A DNA stretch of 64,000 nucleotides from Mytilus californianus (Eukaryota), in NCBI RefSeq assembly GCF_021869535.1, contig NW_026262690.1, positions 59,768,001 to 59,832,000 on the forward strand, given 5' to 3'. Below are positions 49,313 to 62,366 of the stretch, in pieces. Under the pieces are notes generated by a model, which saw only the letters and a program-made list of their open reading frames with translations, was not told the DNA's origin and searched no databases. Within the stretch, counting starts at the first letter, position 1. Each line of letters starts with the position of its first letter. The position numbers and the translations under genes are program-made.

Positions 49313-52300
49313 AGTCCAGAACTTTGTGAAATGGATTGAACATATGTACATATATATAAAATTGTTGATATAATTAACATTTACAATGGAAGATGTGTTT
49401 GTTGTAATATATATGATGACCATCACGGCAAGGCCCAACCTCAACCAACCACCCAGTAACCTTATAACTCTACCATGTCTCAGATAGTCAACCCACACAG
49501 TTAGCTATGATGAAGGTCGAGGTACACACTGAGGTCAATTTCACCCTTGTCAAAAATACACCAAAACAAAGCCAGTGACCCGATGATTATTTTTCATCAT
49601 TAAAACAGAAATTTGTGTATCAAAAACATATCAATTTTTAAGAAAAGAATTGGAAATTGGAAATTTGATGATTTTAGGACAAATTTATGAACGTTTTTCG
49701 CCAATTCAAGTGCTTTATAAACAAATATCTCTTTTGAAAGAATTCATTTAGTAATATTCAAGAAAATGAAAGAGATAAATGCATTATTTTTTTTATTTTC
49801 TGTTATAGTTCAACGAACCAAAAGTGTATGCATTATTTTACTATCAAATTCTGTTACAAAGCCCATTTTCAGTACCTTGACCTTACGTATTTTCAAAAGT
49901 TCACGTTTTTAATTATCTGTGATATTTTGTTTTCCAGGAAGTGTGCTTCACTTATTTTTCCAAAAGGTATTTTTTTTTACTATTCATTCATATAATTACC
50001 CTCATTTGAAATTCTTTTACTGCTTTAAAAATGTAAAAATTTTAATCTGTATTATTGAGGGAGATGGGTGATTTTAATCAGGATGAACAATGGATTTATA
50101 AGCATAATCACAGGGACCAAACCTGGTTGCCCTGTATGTAGTAATGTATTTAAATTCTCCCTTGCCATGCTCGTCCAAATTTAAAGCATTTCTTTACTAC
50201 ATTACTTAAGAACAAATAAGAAAAAAACTCTAATATAAATATGGTAGCTCACAGTAACATAAATTTCCAATTCTATATCTAATGTTCACTACATGTAATA
50301 TCCAAAATTCTTTTAACAAGTTTATTTTTATGAAAAAGGATGATTATAAGAAAATGAAGGGCAGTATACATGTACATACACATATTGCCCCATAATTATT
50401 GTTGAAAAGTAAAAGACTTTGCCAAGCCATGTCTAAGAAAGGGGAAAATAATTTAATTTTTGCCTTGTGACATGTGGGTAATGTAAATTTAAATTAAAGT
50501 ATGTGTATACAAGGGATTACTTAAAAAATCCAGTTTGAAAATAATGTCTGATAGGATGTGATGCATGTTAACATTCAAAATCCTGAATCACAGCTGGCAT
50601 TAACAGAATACAATCAGATGTTAAATGCATTTTGCAGAATAGTGAACATCAGATATTATAAAATTGGAAAATTCTGTTATATTTTATAATAAGCAAGTAT
50701 CTTACTAGAAATTGCACTTAAAGTTTTGAGCAGTGAGTTTTATCTTAATTTATTTTTCTTGCTTTAAATCAAACTTAAGTCAATAGGTCTTCCCAATTTT
50801 GGATAAATTTAAAACCTACAGCTTTTATTTTCAATTTTCTTATGATCTGTTATAAGTATAAAAGTATAAGACATTTGTTTTGATGCAGATTGGATAATGA
50901 CTATGTTAGACTCTACCCAAATCCCTTTAGTTTTTTTGTTTTTTGGTCAGGTGATACTTTCAGTACCTTTGGCTTCATGTATATTATGCAAGCCAATATT
51001 TTGTTGGCAAGTGTGTACCAAGGAAGAACCAACTACAAACTAGGGTTACAGTGTGGTGTTGTTGCTGATCTGCTCTTTGATTGGAAGAAAAATGTCATTG
51101 TTGATTTTAGAACTTAAGTTTGTTGAATATTTTGGGATCTAAGGCTGGTTATAGTTTTAAATATAAATAGAAAGTATCTGAGATAAAAACTAACTTATAA
51201 GTTATAATAGCAATGGTATAATTAATGTATTGGATAAATAGCTTTAATCTACTACAATCATCATGATCATGACAATAGAACATATTTACTAATGGAAAAT
51301 TTCAAATTTCAACACAAGTTGAGACTATAGATACTAGAAAGAATCAATTTTTGAATTCAACAGGATTTTAAAGAACATAAAAATTCAAACCACTCAAAAA
51401 GTTATGTACATGCTACATAAACATGGTAAAAATAAACTTATTTAAATATTTTATTTTTACATCGGATGTGACCTTGAGAGGTCATACCGGTGTTATGTTG
51501 CCGCAGAAATTTCCTTGCGCTTTTGACTGATAACCGAATGTATTTCATATAAATACGTGGACATTATCTAGTGCAAAATAACATTCCTTATCGCTTGTTA
51601 TAAATTCATTTCTTCAATGAATACTCATAAAAATATCTGTTAAGAACATAGATAAATAATATGAAAATGTTTTGTCGTGAGAAATATATATCTCAGTAAC
51701 AAATCATGAATACCAAAAATTTGTGTTAACGCATGCAGAAGAATATCTCGAGAGATGATCTGCTATATATATAACTGTTTTACAGATATTAATATAATAT
51801 ATAACAACAAACCAGATTATACTGATAAAAAATGATTATATCTCTACAATATAATAATCATTATGGTTAGGTTAAATTCCATGTCATTTATTCATCATCC
51901 ACACAGGAACTTGTCTCAGAAAAAACCATATCTATGTACCTTAACCTAACTTTCAGGTATAGAGATATGATTTTTTTTCTGAGACCATCCACCAAAACTT
52001 GTGGTCATCCGATGTTCAGTTCTTCAGTACTTTGATATCTAATTATCACAAGCACTTAAGAAAATACTCCACATATGATACCTTTACAAGTAAATTAACA
52101 GTACATATGATTATTTATTAGAGACAAGTTTGTGTGCTCAATTTTCAGAATAGACGTAGGTATTTATGCTTTTGGGTACAATGATCTACAATGTACATGT
52201 ATTTAGCTGAATTGTCTCAGAATCACCCGATGTCAATATCAATATTTGTGGACACTTGTATGACTTTAAGCAATGACGACAAGAGTTATTTTTTACGACC

Positions 52301-52919
52301 TTGACTACCCATGAGGGTCTTGCACAGTCGGTAATGACAGATTTGCATGCAAGTGTAAATACATATATTGTCAGACTTTAAATATCAAATTAAGGGCGTT
52401 TAAATTATGTAAAATGTATGATAAAAAAAAAACATAAAAAATACAATTTTAGAAAATATGCTCCTGAATATCTTTTTAAAAGATAAACATGTATTGTTAA
52501 ATATAGATTTGAATTAAAAACAAGTACAACTATGGACATAATATTCCAGTACACCTTTTAGGGTGTGCTCAACTTTGAGACTCAGCTAAAGTTTTTTTTA
52601 TTTATTTCAAAGTAAGTTTAACACTTTCTGTGAACAATATAGAAGGATTACATGGAAAATAAAGTGAGAAATCTACAATGTGTACATGTAAGTTAAAAAA
52701 AAAAATAACGAATATCCCTGTGATAAAGTTGATGGGTTTTCTGTATAAATTTAGTTTTGAGATGCCACAATCTCCTTTTTCCATTACACGTAAATTTAAT
52801 GCTACAATAAATATTATTGCTGTGATTTATTTTTTCTTTTTGTATTTGTTCAACATGGCATGTTTATTTTTTACTTTAATCTTAGCTATTTTGATAATAT
52901 GAGGCAGGCGTTACCTGTG

Positions 52920-53411
52920 AAAGGGGACGAAGTCTGTATGAATTATTTTTTTTTAATTCAAACATATGTTTTAACTTCAAAATCTGTTCAAAAAGAACGG
53001 AAATACCCTTACGTTTCCGATTTCGGTTCTGTTGTTCGTAATTTTAGTTGTGACGTTATTTATATTATGACGTCATATTCAATGTAAACAAAGAAACGCT
53101 ATCAGGTAACGTTTTTTCATATCAAGTCGTTCAAGGAATTATTAAAAATGGAATTGGTATTGCGTTCCTTCCTATATTTTACTAGACTGATAAATATATA
53201 TTTTACTCAAAGACTCATGCAAACGAGACCGGAAAAAGGAAGTAGATTTCTGCACAAATGCGGGAAAATAAAAAAGTCTGAAAATAAAAAAGTTAACGAT
53301 TTTGAGTTCATTAGTACAATGAAAATTTCGGGAAATTTTCCCGATTTTTTTTTTTTTTTTTTTTTTTTTTTTATTGATTTTTCTACCGTAATAGGGGACT
53401 TCGTCCCCTTA
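52920..53411. mobile_element. About 490-bp element with 15-bp terminal inverted repeats
   Basis: aaaggggacgaagtc / gacttcgtccccttt, plus a small hairpin ggggacttcgtcccc at the right end. Confidence 0.55.
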
Positions 53412-53967
53412 TTATTGCACTTTGAAATTTTGTTATACACAGCCATTTAAAAGAAAAGGATCATAAACCTGAACAATCAAGTAAAATCAGAAAAGTTCTT
53501 ACCAAAAAGTGTTGCCATCATTTTAACAGTTGTACTTTTTGAATATTTTCCCAAAAATCAAAAGCAATCTTGAACATTAGTTAACATCCATTTGGGTTGT
53601 TGGTTATAATATCATGAATATCCAAACAGGCAAAGTGAAAACATTAAGTCATTATGCTTTGGCTACAAGTCTATAAAGATAAAATATGTCACACCATATG
53701 TTTGAAAAATGTGACATTTTAGTGAAGAAGCACATAAAATTATACCAAACAGTAAAAATATGTTACTAAATGTGACAGCCACAAATATCTAAAGTAAATA
53801 AAGAGTTTACAGTACCTTTTGTGAGAAGGTTTCATTTTATTTTTTTTTTTACTATAAAACTCCTCTTATTGTTCATTCTCGATCTGAACCGTATCAGTTT
53901 TGCAGAAAGTTGTTTAGTTTATTTATGTATATGACACGTGAACCGTAATGAATAAATGTCAATTTAC

Positions 53968-54045
53968 CTGTGATTTCCTTGAAACAAAACTTTATGATTG
54001 ATCGACGAGCTGCCAGCTTGGTTCAACTTCCGGTACGAACGAAGT
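53968..54045 (-). promoter_or_regulatory. Candidate non-coding first exon of SLC35B2, within a bidirectional promoter shared with PSMA6
   Basis: CpG-containing unique sequence with an ETS-type CCGGAAGT motif (minus strand, 54026-54033) and a donor CAG|GTAAAT at 53967, about 250 bp from the PSMA6 ATG. The assignment is inferred. Confidence 0.5.
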
Positions 54046-54226
54046 GATTAAAAAAGAAGGCTACCTCTACTGATATTATACAGTTTGATTTGAAACTTTT
54101 ACAAGCATGAAAAATAAAAATAAAGAAAATAATCAAATTATATCACGCTCTTATTTATTAACATTCTCTATAATATTTTAGAAATTTTCTTTATACGAAA
54201 CCAGGCAGTAAAGTCAGCACTTTTGA

Positions 54227-54418
<192 letters not shown>

Positions 54419-54428
54419 TAAATCTTAA

Positions 54429-55022
54429 GGTTCATCATAACAAATGGACAAATATGGCCGTATTTTCACCTCAAAAACTACTCTGTGTACAGACTTACCT
54501 GTTTAGTTTGAAAAGTTTTAAGGCCTGGCATCCACTAGATATATAAAAGTTAAATGTATTTTGCATATCAGAAAGATAAAATCTTTTTGGCATTTTAATT
54601 GGCATTTTTTTTCGTTCCTGCAGAAGGTGTAAAAATAAACTAAGTTGGGATACAACTTTGAGATGCTCCCTCTCAGGTAACAACTGGTTTGTATTGTATT
54701 GATTGTCCTTGATTGGCATAGACAATAGACAGACAATAGATATTTACACATCTATAGATGAGCTAAAGGTAGTAACTGAGTGGACAGTATCAAATGCAAT
54801 TCAGGTGTTTGTTTATTTTTACACCTTCTGCAGGAAGGAAAAAAAATGCCCATCAAAATCCAAAAACGATTACATCTTTCTGAAACACAAAATGCATTTA
54901 ACTTTTATATATCTAGTGGATGCCAGGCCTTAAAACTTTTTAAACTGTACAGGTAAGTCTGTACACAGAGTAGTTTTTGGGGTGAAAATACGGCCGTATT
55001 TGTCCATTTGTTATGATGAACC
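54429..55022. mobile_element. 594-bp Kolobok-like MITE with about 212-bp TIRs and TTAA TSD in PSMA6 intron 1
   Basis: ttaa|GGTTCATC...GATGAACC|ttaa; arms at 54429-54640 and 54811-55022. Confidence 0.85.
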
Positions 55023-56736
55023 TTAAAATTGGCACATACAAAATGATACATTTTAAATTCTTCTAAAAGTTCAGTACATAATTATCTCAGAAGTTAAGCA
55101 TCACTATTGCTAATTTTAATTGTGGGCTTCATAAGTTCATGTGAATCTTTGACTAGACTACAATTGAATGTTTTAATAAATTTTCCATCTCAAAAAGACA
55201 TAATAAAAATACATTAGGGTAGCAGCAGGGCTGCCAAGTCTCACGCATTTAGCGTGAAACTCACACATTTTCATGCTTATTTGGCGGCATTTTCCTTTGA
55301 TCTATTGTTTTTTTTCTCTTTGATCTTTACGATTTTGCCAAATCTCACGCATTTGCATTATTAAAAGTTGGCAGAACTGTAGCAGTGGGGTACCCAAGTT
55401 GACGATTGACAGTAAACTATTTGTTAAAATAACGTTAATGATAAACATTTTACTCCATTTGACACTAAAGGTACATTGTCACTATAAAATGAGATTTGAT
55501 GACTGACGATATTGGTAGCAAAAACAGACATTTGTTGCTTGACGATAGAGAACATTCCTACCCTCATACATGGTCTTCCAATTGCTGCTTTTCTCTGGAA
55601 GAATTTGACGTCACAATTCAAATATGTTTATGTCACTATGTACTTTGACAAAGTTTTCCCGTAAATGACCCCAGGTCAACTGGCCATGGGGCAGTTTGTT
55701 TATTAAAATGAAATTGCAATCTTGTGTATTAGCAATTTGGGATTCTGTGTCTGATTTGTCCGCTTAAAGATAACTTCATCTGTATGAATACACTGTTCTA
55801 GCTAGAAACTGAGGGCAGAGGGGCACAGTCCCATAAAAAGGGCACTTTTGCTATCATATTTTAACAGATTTTTCTTTTATATTGACAAATATAGATTGCC
55901 ATTTTATTGGGGGTCCCATTAGGGGGTCTGATCCAGGATCCTGCTTATAATGTTGTCAGAATCCTGTAACCCCCTTATCATTGGGATAATAACGCTTGTA
56001 ATTTCAAGTGTCCCCCTGACTTTTCTCGTTTTCTCGCAAAATAATTTGACTTTTCATGTGTAAAACTTACACCCCAATGAGACCCACTTTATTCTGTAAT
56101 TGATTCCTAAACTTGATTCCTCTGCCTTATCCAAAAAAAATTCACATGCTCTCTTGTCATATTTATAGAGTTAATTATAGTTCAGAAACAGTCATTTAGC
56201 CAGATATATAGATGACTAGATTATAAAATCTTCTAGGTTATAGTAAGCTATTTCGAGGTACAATGTATCTATTATTCCAAACAACAACTTCATACATGTA
56301 CTCTAAATTTAACAGCAGTAATATTGGATAGATAGAGGGGGCTATATTTTACACAGCAACTTTATCTTCTTAACCAGACAAACCCAATCAGGTTGCTTTA
56401 ATCTACAATGGTCTTCTATTTGCTAACAAAGTAGATTTAAATTATAACAAACAATTCAAATCTTGATGCTTATCCTTCTTTTATTAAAAAGATCTTTTTA
56501 GCAATTATAATGTTAAATAATGGTCTAATTTAAAATTTATTCATAAGAATTGAAAAAACTAGATGTGTCTGATTTTTAGTATGTGAATCTTCTATGATGA
56601 GTTTCAGATCAAGTTTACTTTTGGTTCTGCTCCACTGATTTTTGCTGAAATTATGGCCTTTGGACTTTGAAAAAGAGTTAGTTCACTAACTCATAATTTT
56701 GGCCCTAAAAATCTTAATTATACTTATTTTAAAAAT

Positions 56737-58340
56737 TTTTGCGGTCGTATATTGGTATCACGTCGTCGTCGTCAGCCTAAGACATTTGGTTTCTAAACAA
56801 TAACTTTAGTAAATGTAAATAGAAATCTATGAAATTTAAACGCAAGGTTTATAACCACAAAAGAAAGGTTGGGATTGATTTTGGGGGTTATAGTCCTAAC
56901 AGTTTAGGAATTAGGGGCCAAAAAGGGGCCCAAATAAGCATTTTTCTAGTTTCCAGACAATAACTTGTGGAATGGTGTATGGCTCTCTCTGAAATTATAC
57001 CACAAGTTTCCATACCACAAAGGGATGGTTATGATTTGCTTTGGGGGGTTTGGCTCAAACCGTTTAGGAATTTGGGGCAAAAAAGGGGGAAAAACAAGGG
57101 TTTCCTGGTTAATGGACAATTAAAAAAAGTACAATGTTATGTTTGGATTACCTCCCTTACATTTAAATTGTGTATAAAGAAATGTTGTATTGTCTTGAGG
57201 TGATTAGCTGTCAATTTATTTTTAGAAGTTACTATTTTAAAAATGCTGATTAAGGAATATTAATTTTAGCCATGATTATGTATGTCATTTTCTATTTTAA
57301 GACTTTTATGATGTATTTAAGTGGGTAATTGTGGTTGCAAACTCCATTGGAAATTTGAATTGAGATTATGAATATATCTTGAGGGAAAGAATTTTTTTTT
57401 TGGAAAAAGGGGAGGGGGGAGGTGAAAAAAAATTGGGTAGGGGGGAACAATTTTTTTTACTCATTTCAGATTTCAGAAATTAAAAAGAAAATTTCTTCAA
57501 ATATATTTTTTTTTGCCAAAAAAAAATTTTCAGGGGGGGGGGGGGTCAAATTTGCAACAGCATAGTGTATTGCACAAAAGCAAAAAGGGGGTGGATTTTT
57601 TTTGGGGGGGGGGGGGGGTCAATTCGCAACAGCATAGTGTATTGCACAAAAGCAAAAAATTGAATATAAATTAAAATCATATAACCAATTCTAAGTTCTT
57701 TGACTACAGTTATTCTGTGTCAGAAACCTATTATGTGTCAAATATTTAATTACAATCCAAATTCAGACCTGTATCAGGACAATAACTTGTGTGTAAGTGT
57801 ATGGATCTTTATGAAATTGTACTACAAGGTTCCATATCACAAAGGGAAAGCTGGGTTTGAGTTTGGGGGTATTTGCCCTTAACGTTTAGGAATTTGGGGC
57901 CAAAAAGGGGCCAAAAAACAAGCATTTTTCTAGTTTCCAGACAATAACTTGTGTTCAAGTGTATGGATCTCTCTGAAATTGTACTGCAAGGTACCATACC
58001 ACAAAGGGAAGGCTGGGATTGAGTTTGGGGGTGATGAATCTTAAGGGGGTTCAAAAAATTGGGGGGAGGGGATTTTTTTTTCTTTTTTTTCCTTTAAAAT
58101 TTTCCATTTTAAATTGGTTATTTCTGATTTATATATTAAAGCAAATAATAATGATATGGTTTGAATAGGTAAATTAAAATTTTTTAAGTTCTTAGACCAC
58201 ATTCATTCCGTGTCAAATATTTAATCACAATCCAAATTCAGAGCTGTATCAAGCTTGAATGTTGTGTCCATACTTGCCCCAACTGTTCAGGGTTAGACCT
58301 CTGCGGTCGTATCAAGCTGCGCCCAGCGGAGCATTTTATT
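56737..58340 (-). mobile_element. HINE-like family A, copy Z (chimeric)
   Basis: Head at 58265-58340 (reverse). The body at 56760-57700 is an inverted homolog of copy W. Contains about 161-bp satellite monomers at 57780-58050. Confidence 0.7.
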
Positions 58341-59344
58341 AACAGTTAACATTAACAGACAGTCTGGGATTAAACTTTTTTTTTGGATTGTTATGAAACT
58401 TGGACAGAAGCTAATCTTCAAGACCATGAAATAGCATCCAAAGTGAAAGCTTGATTTTTTTTAATTCTGTATCTTACTGATAAATTGTCTTACTTTTTAA
58501 GTCAACATAACACTTGTACACTGACAGCAGCAATCATAGGCCAGACACAGGATGCCGCGAAACCCCTTACAAATTTTCCTGAAAAGTTAACAGTGGCACC
58601 ACCACTCTCCCACCATTATTATTGCTGAATTATTTTAAATATGCCATATTCTTTACTTTTTAACTAAAATTGCAATGGGCAAAGGGTGGCGCCACATACA
58701 AAACCATGAAATACAGTCGAAAAGATGATAAATTTCTAGAAAAATGGACTGAAATGAAATCTATACCTATTTAATGGCTAAAATATTTATAACATATGAA
58801 GCAGATATACATTATTTCTTATCATACTTTCAAAAATTAAACATTAAGCAATACATACACAGTGAATTTATTTGAACAATTGAATTTTAAAAAATGTACC
58901 TTTACAGGGCCGTTTATCATGTTTATTGGGGTTGCTAGCTCTACTCCTTTTGTGAAAATAACAGTTATACAGACTTTTTTTTCTACACACTTTCATGTGT
59001 TGAGCTGATTTTTAATATGTGAGTCTACTATAATGAGTTACAGATCAAGTTTATATTTGGTTCCGCTCCACTGACTTTTTCCTAAATTACGAGCTTTGGA
59101 CTGAAAATTTCATAAAATTAGCAGTTATACAGACTTTTTTTCTAAATTCCTTCTCATACTGAGCTTATTTTTAGTATGAGAGTCTACTCCATTGATTTTT
59201 GCTGGAATCATGGGTAATTGGACTTTCAAAATTTTGTGAAAATAACAGTTACACTGACTTTCAATCTCCAATTTTTACTCCTAAAAATGGCTCTGTGCTT
59301 TATTGGCAAATGGGGCAATTTGTGTCTTTTCAACACATCTAGTT

Positions 59345-60478
59345 TTTTATTTCCCCGCCATAGCGGTGGGCACATTAAGTTTAACCCTTGTCCGTCTGTA
59401 CGTACGTGCGTTCCAAAATTGGTTTCCATTCTCTAACTTGAGTTTGCCTCAACCAAATGTAATGAAACTTATACACAATGCTTATTACCGCAAAACACAG
59501 ATCAAGTTTGAATTTTGGTGGCATCACTTTAACCGTTCTAGAGTTATGCCTCTTTATAAATGGAAAAATTTCAAAATTTATAGTTTCCGTTCTCTAACTT
59601 AAGTTTTCCTCAACCAAATGTTATGAAACTTATACACAATGCTTATTACCACAAAACACAGATCAAGTTTGAATTTTGGTGGCGTCACTTTTATCGTTCT
59701 AGAGTTATGCCCCTTTATAAATGGAAAATTTGCAAAATTTTTATTTTCTTCTAAATATCAAGTAATTTTTTTAAATTGGAGTTATCTTCCTTTGTCGATG
59801 ATTATAGTTGAATCAACTACAATCAATGCTTAATACAATGCAATGTTTAATTTTGAATTCCACTGATAAAACACAGATCAAGTTGAATTTGGGTAGTGTC
59901 ACTTTAACCATTATTGAGTTATGCCCCTTTATAAATCGAAAGATTGCAAAATTTTTAGTTTCCATTCTGTAACTTAAGTTTGCCCCAACCAAACATTATG
60001 AAACCTATACACAAAACTAAGATCAAGTACAAATTTTTTGTTTCCGTTTTCTAACTTTAGTTTGCCGCAACCAAATGTTATGAAACTTATACACAATGCT
60101 TATTACTACATAATACAGATTAAGTACGAAATTTGGTGGCGACACTTTTACCCTTCTTGAGTTATGTCCCTTTATAAACATAAAAATTGCAGAAATTTTC
60201 GTTTCCGTTCTCTAACTTTAATTTGTCTCAACCAAATGTTATAAAACTTATACACAACAGTTCTAGAGTTATGCGTGTTTACAAATAGAAAAATTGCTGA
60301 ATTTTTCGTTTCTGTTCTCTACTTAAGTTAGCCTCAACCAAATGTTATGAGACTTACACACAATGCTTATTACCACAATACTCAGATCAAGTTCAAATTT
60401 GGGTAGCGTCACTTTTACCGTTTTTCAGTTATGTCCCTTTATAACTATATGATATGCAAGCGGGGGCATCATCTGTGT
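59345..60478 (-). mobile_element. HINE-like element with tandem units containing ctcaaccaaatgttatgaaacttatacacaatgc
   Basis: Hairpin cccgccatagcggtggg at about 59353, (CGTA)-type microsatellite and at least 7 degenerate units. Confidence 0.6.
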
Positions 60479-61015
60479 CATCTTCGCTAGCCAAGGGTTA
60501 CGATCCACTTCCCTCCTCTCCACCCTTGGCAGATTGAGATAGAATTTCGGAGACACAAGATAATGATTTTCATTGGTTGCAGTCGAAACTCGCTGCATCC
60601 AATCAAAAAGCGCCTATAACATGATCACGTGTAAATGAAGAAAGTGTATGTAAACAATTGCCACGTGCTTATTGTGCTACAAGTCTTTACATCCCTAAAC
60701 ATACGACTATATTTAGTGACAATTTGAATGTTTTTAATCAACTTATAGAAGTGTATGTTTCTTGCACAAATGCATGAATGTCAACGTATATTTTCGTGTC
60801 CTGCTTTACCAAGTGTGTAGAATCTAGACGCTACCGTGTTTTTACCTCCAAATTGAAGAGTTCAAGTGCTACCATTGGTCAGAATAATGTATTTGGAATG
60901 GGCGTGACTTTAATCTACCGAAAGATGGCGCAACATTGTTATCACAAATGTTGGCTTAATCTGCCAAGGGTGGAGAGGAGGGGAAGTGGATCGTAACCCT
61001 TGGCTAGCGAAGATA
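60479..61015. mobile_element. 537-bp MITE with about 57-bp TIRs and 9-bp TSD (Mutator-like)
   Basis: TIRs at 60479-60535 and 60958-61015 differ by one indel and one terminal mismatch. TSD catctgtgt at 60470-60478 and 61016-61024. Confidence 0.85.
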
Positions 61016-61305
61016 CATCTGTGTCCACATGTGGACACTATCCACATTTATTGTGTTGTGTCATTGTCTCATTAATGAAAATCACATCTCCTTGATATGT
61101 AGAACAGGCGAGACATTTCGGCATATGCACTCTTGTTATTATAGTGAACCTGATATTGATACTGTTGCATTTTTTGCATTAAATAATTTCTGAATTTAAT
61201 GTTTTGAAAAACTATTTTCTCCTTGATAACCATGATAACAGAACAAGTTAATATATTTGTCAATGTTATTATTTATTTATACATGCATTAGTAAAAAAAA
61301 TTTGA

Positions 61306-61431
<126 letters not shown>

Positions 61432-62366
61432 TAAACTGGAAGGCAAGTGGGGATTTCCCTTGTCCTTGGGTATTTGATATCAACTTTGCAGATTATGGGG
61501 AAATATATATTGCATATATTACAAACTCCAATAATCGAATTTTTCATTAAGTTTATGTTTGTATATTAATATCCAAGTACATTCATCTTTATTTTGATGT
61601 CAATGTACATCTATACTGTATACTGGCAGATTATTGACCTTTGCTCAATACAAAAAATATATATTTGCAATTTTCTTTAAGGACATGAATATATATATTT
61701 TTGTTGCTTTCTTGTACACTCGGATTGTAACTTTTAATGGTTTGATTTCTACCAATAAATAATTTCTATATGATATGAGTTGTTCGTTGGAAACAGTGGA
61801 AAACTGCTACAAAAGCATTCTCCTTTTACGGAGTAACTTTTGAAGGACACTTTTTAAAAAAAGGATAAACATTAAGGAAATAAAATACAAATGTATATGT
61901 GTAGCAAAATGCAAATTAAAGAATGAATAAATGAATAATACCAGTTACGTTATATATGTTTCAGTAATAATAATGAATATAAGGCCATTAGTCTTACATT
62001 AGATGTATATAGGTTTCAGATATGATCATGAATAAGGTCATTAACTATCTATTTTGAATATGTCACAGGTCTTTGAAGATTAAATGTTCATTTTTTTTTG
62101 GTGGATAGTTTATTCCATTAATTATCATACTACATCTTTATATAATTTCTTGTTCTTTAAAACAGAGCATTAACATGAAGTCACCACTTTGTCAGTCAGT
62201 TAAAAATAGTTTCCATTGATATTGAAACATTACTATCTATCATGAAATGCAGATCAAGTTTGATTTTGAGTTTAGAGTGTGTGAAAAAATTGTTTTCTGA
62301 GCGTTTGCTGTCCAAAGATGATCTGTTTGGCACTACCAACTTTAATCTTTTTATCATTATGACCTG

